From the NCBI GenBank assembly GCA_965202585.1, contig OZ241827.1, positions 66,464,001 through 66,528,000 of the forward strand: DNA of 64,000 bases, read 5' to 3'. Positions within the stretch are counted from its first letter, which is position 1, and the number at the start of each line of letters is the position of its first letter. Of this stretch, positions 62,621-64,000 are shown piece after piece. The notes beneath the pieces are model-generated. The model was not told the origin of the DNA. It did no database searches and saw only the letters and a program-made list of their open reading frames with translations. The position numbers and the translations under genes were made by a program. Source of the stretch: Thalia democratica. Its lineage: Eukaryota.

Positions 62621-64000
62621 ATGGATTCTTCTGCAAGTTAAATTTTTTAAAAATAAATTGTTTAGTTTTAAATATTAAATGTATATTGTCTGGCAGTAGC
62701 ACATTTCATTTTGTTATTTAAATCTCAATTTTAGAGAACTTGTTTTTGTATTTGTTTTTTGTGTTTCTTTTGAAGTTTTAGTGGAAAATAATATTTTTCT
62801 AGTTTAAAGACAAGGAAAAGCTTAATCAAGTGTACTTCAAAATATTTTTAGACACAAAGAAAAACTTCTGTTTTTGCTTAACTTTGTCTACAATAAAAAG
62901 TACTTACTTATTAAAAACATTTACTTATCATCAAATGCTAATACTTACCCTTAAATCATCAGGTGCAAAAGAAGACCTAATGATGGAAAGTACAACTTTG
63001 AAAAACTGGATAGTCCACCATCTCAATAAAGGGGATATCCCCGGATTAGAACTGGTCAAAGAACCAGGTTATCCACCATGGACATTTAAATTTCCCTGGG
63101 TAAGAATGAATGACCCTGGTTGGAAGAAAAAGTGGAGTGTTATATTCGTTAGTTTTAGCTGTTAATTTTTAAATTATTTTTTCATACATAGTGGCCTTAA
63201 AAATACTTTGTAATGTTTTAAGATAAACCTTGTTTTTCATGATTTTAAATCTATTTTGTTTTTTTTTTAATAGACTTAAGTTTATTATTTATGGTTTAGA
63301 AAATATCATAATCATTAACTATAAAAAGTAAAGTATGTTAAGATAAACATAAACTTTGTCTGTATAAACAAGTTTCTGGTTGTTTATTTATTAAAAATCT
63401 GTGCGCAATTTTCTATAAAATTTATTTTTTATATATAAATTATTTGTTTTGTAATTACCTACACCAAGTATAACAAAAAAAAAGAGAATAACTTTAAAAG
63501 TATGCTTACAATTAAACTGCTACATCTCACTAAAGTTCCTTTGCAAAGTAAGCTATTTTATGTACCTAATTTGAAAGTGCTGGCTTAACACACAATAAGA
63601 TAAAAAACTTGAAGTAATTTAAATTCAAACAGTATTAAGATTTGAACTTGCTGTACAGTGCCTTCTAGCAGGTTTATTTACTACAATTTTACACTAGATT
63701 TAAAAAATATTTTTTATACACATTGTACCAAAAAAGATTATATCTAAATATACAAATGTGAATCTAAATTTGTAATTATTATATGTAACATAACAAAACA
63801 AATTTATTACTAAGGAGTATGCGAGACACAAAAAGTTTCCTATTCCAGCAATGGAAACTTGGACTTACGAAGAAAGTAAAAAGATTATTTCAAATCTACG
63901 AAATACTTTCAGAATGGCATTGCACAGTAATAAAGATTTTACAAGAATAAAAGACTATGATAAAAATTACAATTGTTATTGCATAAATTTTAACAGAAAA
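62621..64000 (+). CDS. IRF: Interferon regulatory factor-like protein B, 5' part; join(62621-62636,62963-63147,63815->64000)
   Basis: MDSSA|SAKEDLMMESTTLKNWIVHHLNKGDIPGL...FKFPWVRM...WSVIF|EYARHKKFPIP...LRNTFRMALHSNKDF. Exon 2 has the same length (185 nt) and phases (1-0) as in IRF-A. The gene runs off the window. Confidence 0.88.

Overview
This is very AT-rich (roughly three-quarters A+T by eye), intron-rich animal genomic DNA. An invertebrate such as a tunicate is plausible, but the species cannot be determined from the window. All gene models were spliced by hand. Four protein-coding loci are supported. (1) The 3' six exons of an unidentified coiled-coil gene (+, 4563-11758). (2) An intronless RBM12-like multi-RRM gene (-, 20285-22762). 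(3) A complete 13-exon, 529-aa interferon regulatory factor (IRF)-like gene with both the DNA-binding domain (DBD) and the IRF-association domain (IAD) (-, 42558-53568); the ORF track shows only fragments of it. (4) The 5' part of a second IRF-like paralog facing the other way (+, 62621 to beyond 64000). The main finding is the IRF pair. Both share a heavily remodelled DBD that keeps only 2 of the 5 canonical tryptophans, has new shared tryptophans, and has replaced the DNA-contacting His/Asn/Cys. The recognition-helix exon diverges about twice as much between paralogs as the preceding exon, and there may be relics of a third copy between them. The non-coding DNA holds at least five MITE families (about 6-bp TSD, TTAA/Kolobok-like, 8-bp TSD hAT-like, 8-bp TSD long-TIR, subterminal-repeat). 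It also holds a CCAAT-box minisatellite starting at a stop codon, tandemly duplicated splice acceptors, near-perfect hairpins and an unexplained GC island. No rRNA, tRNA or CRISPR array was seen. No database searches were run.
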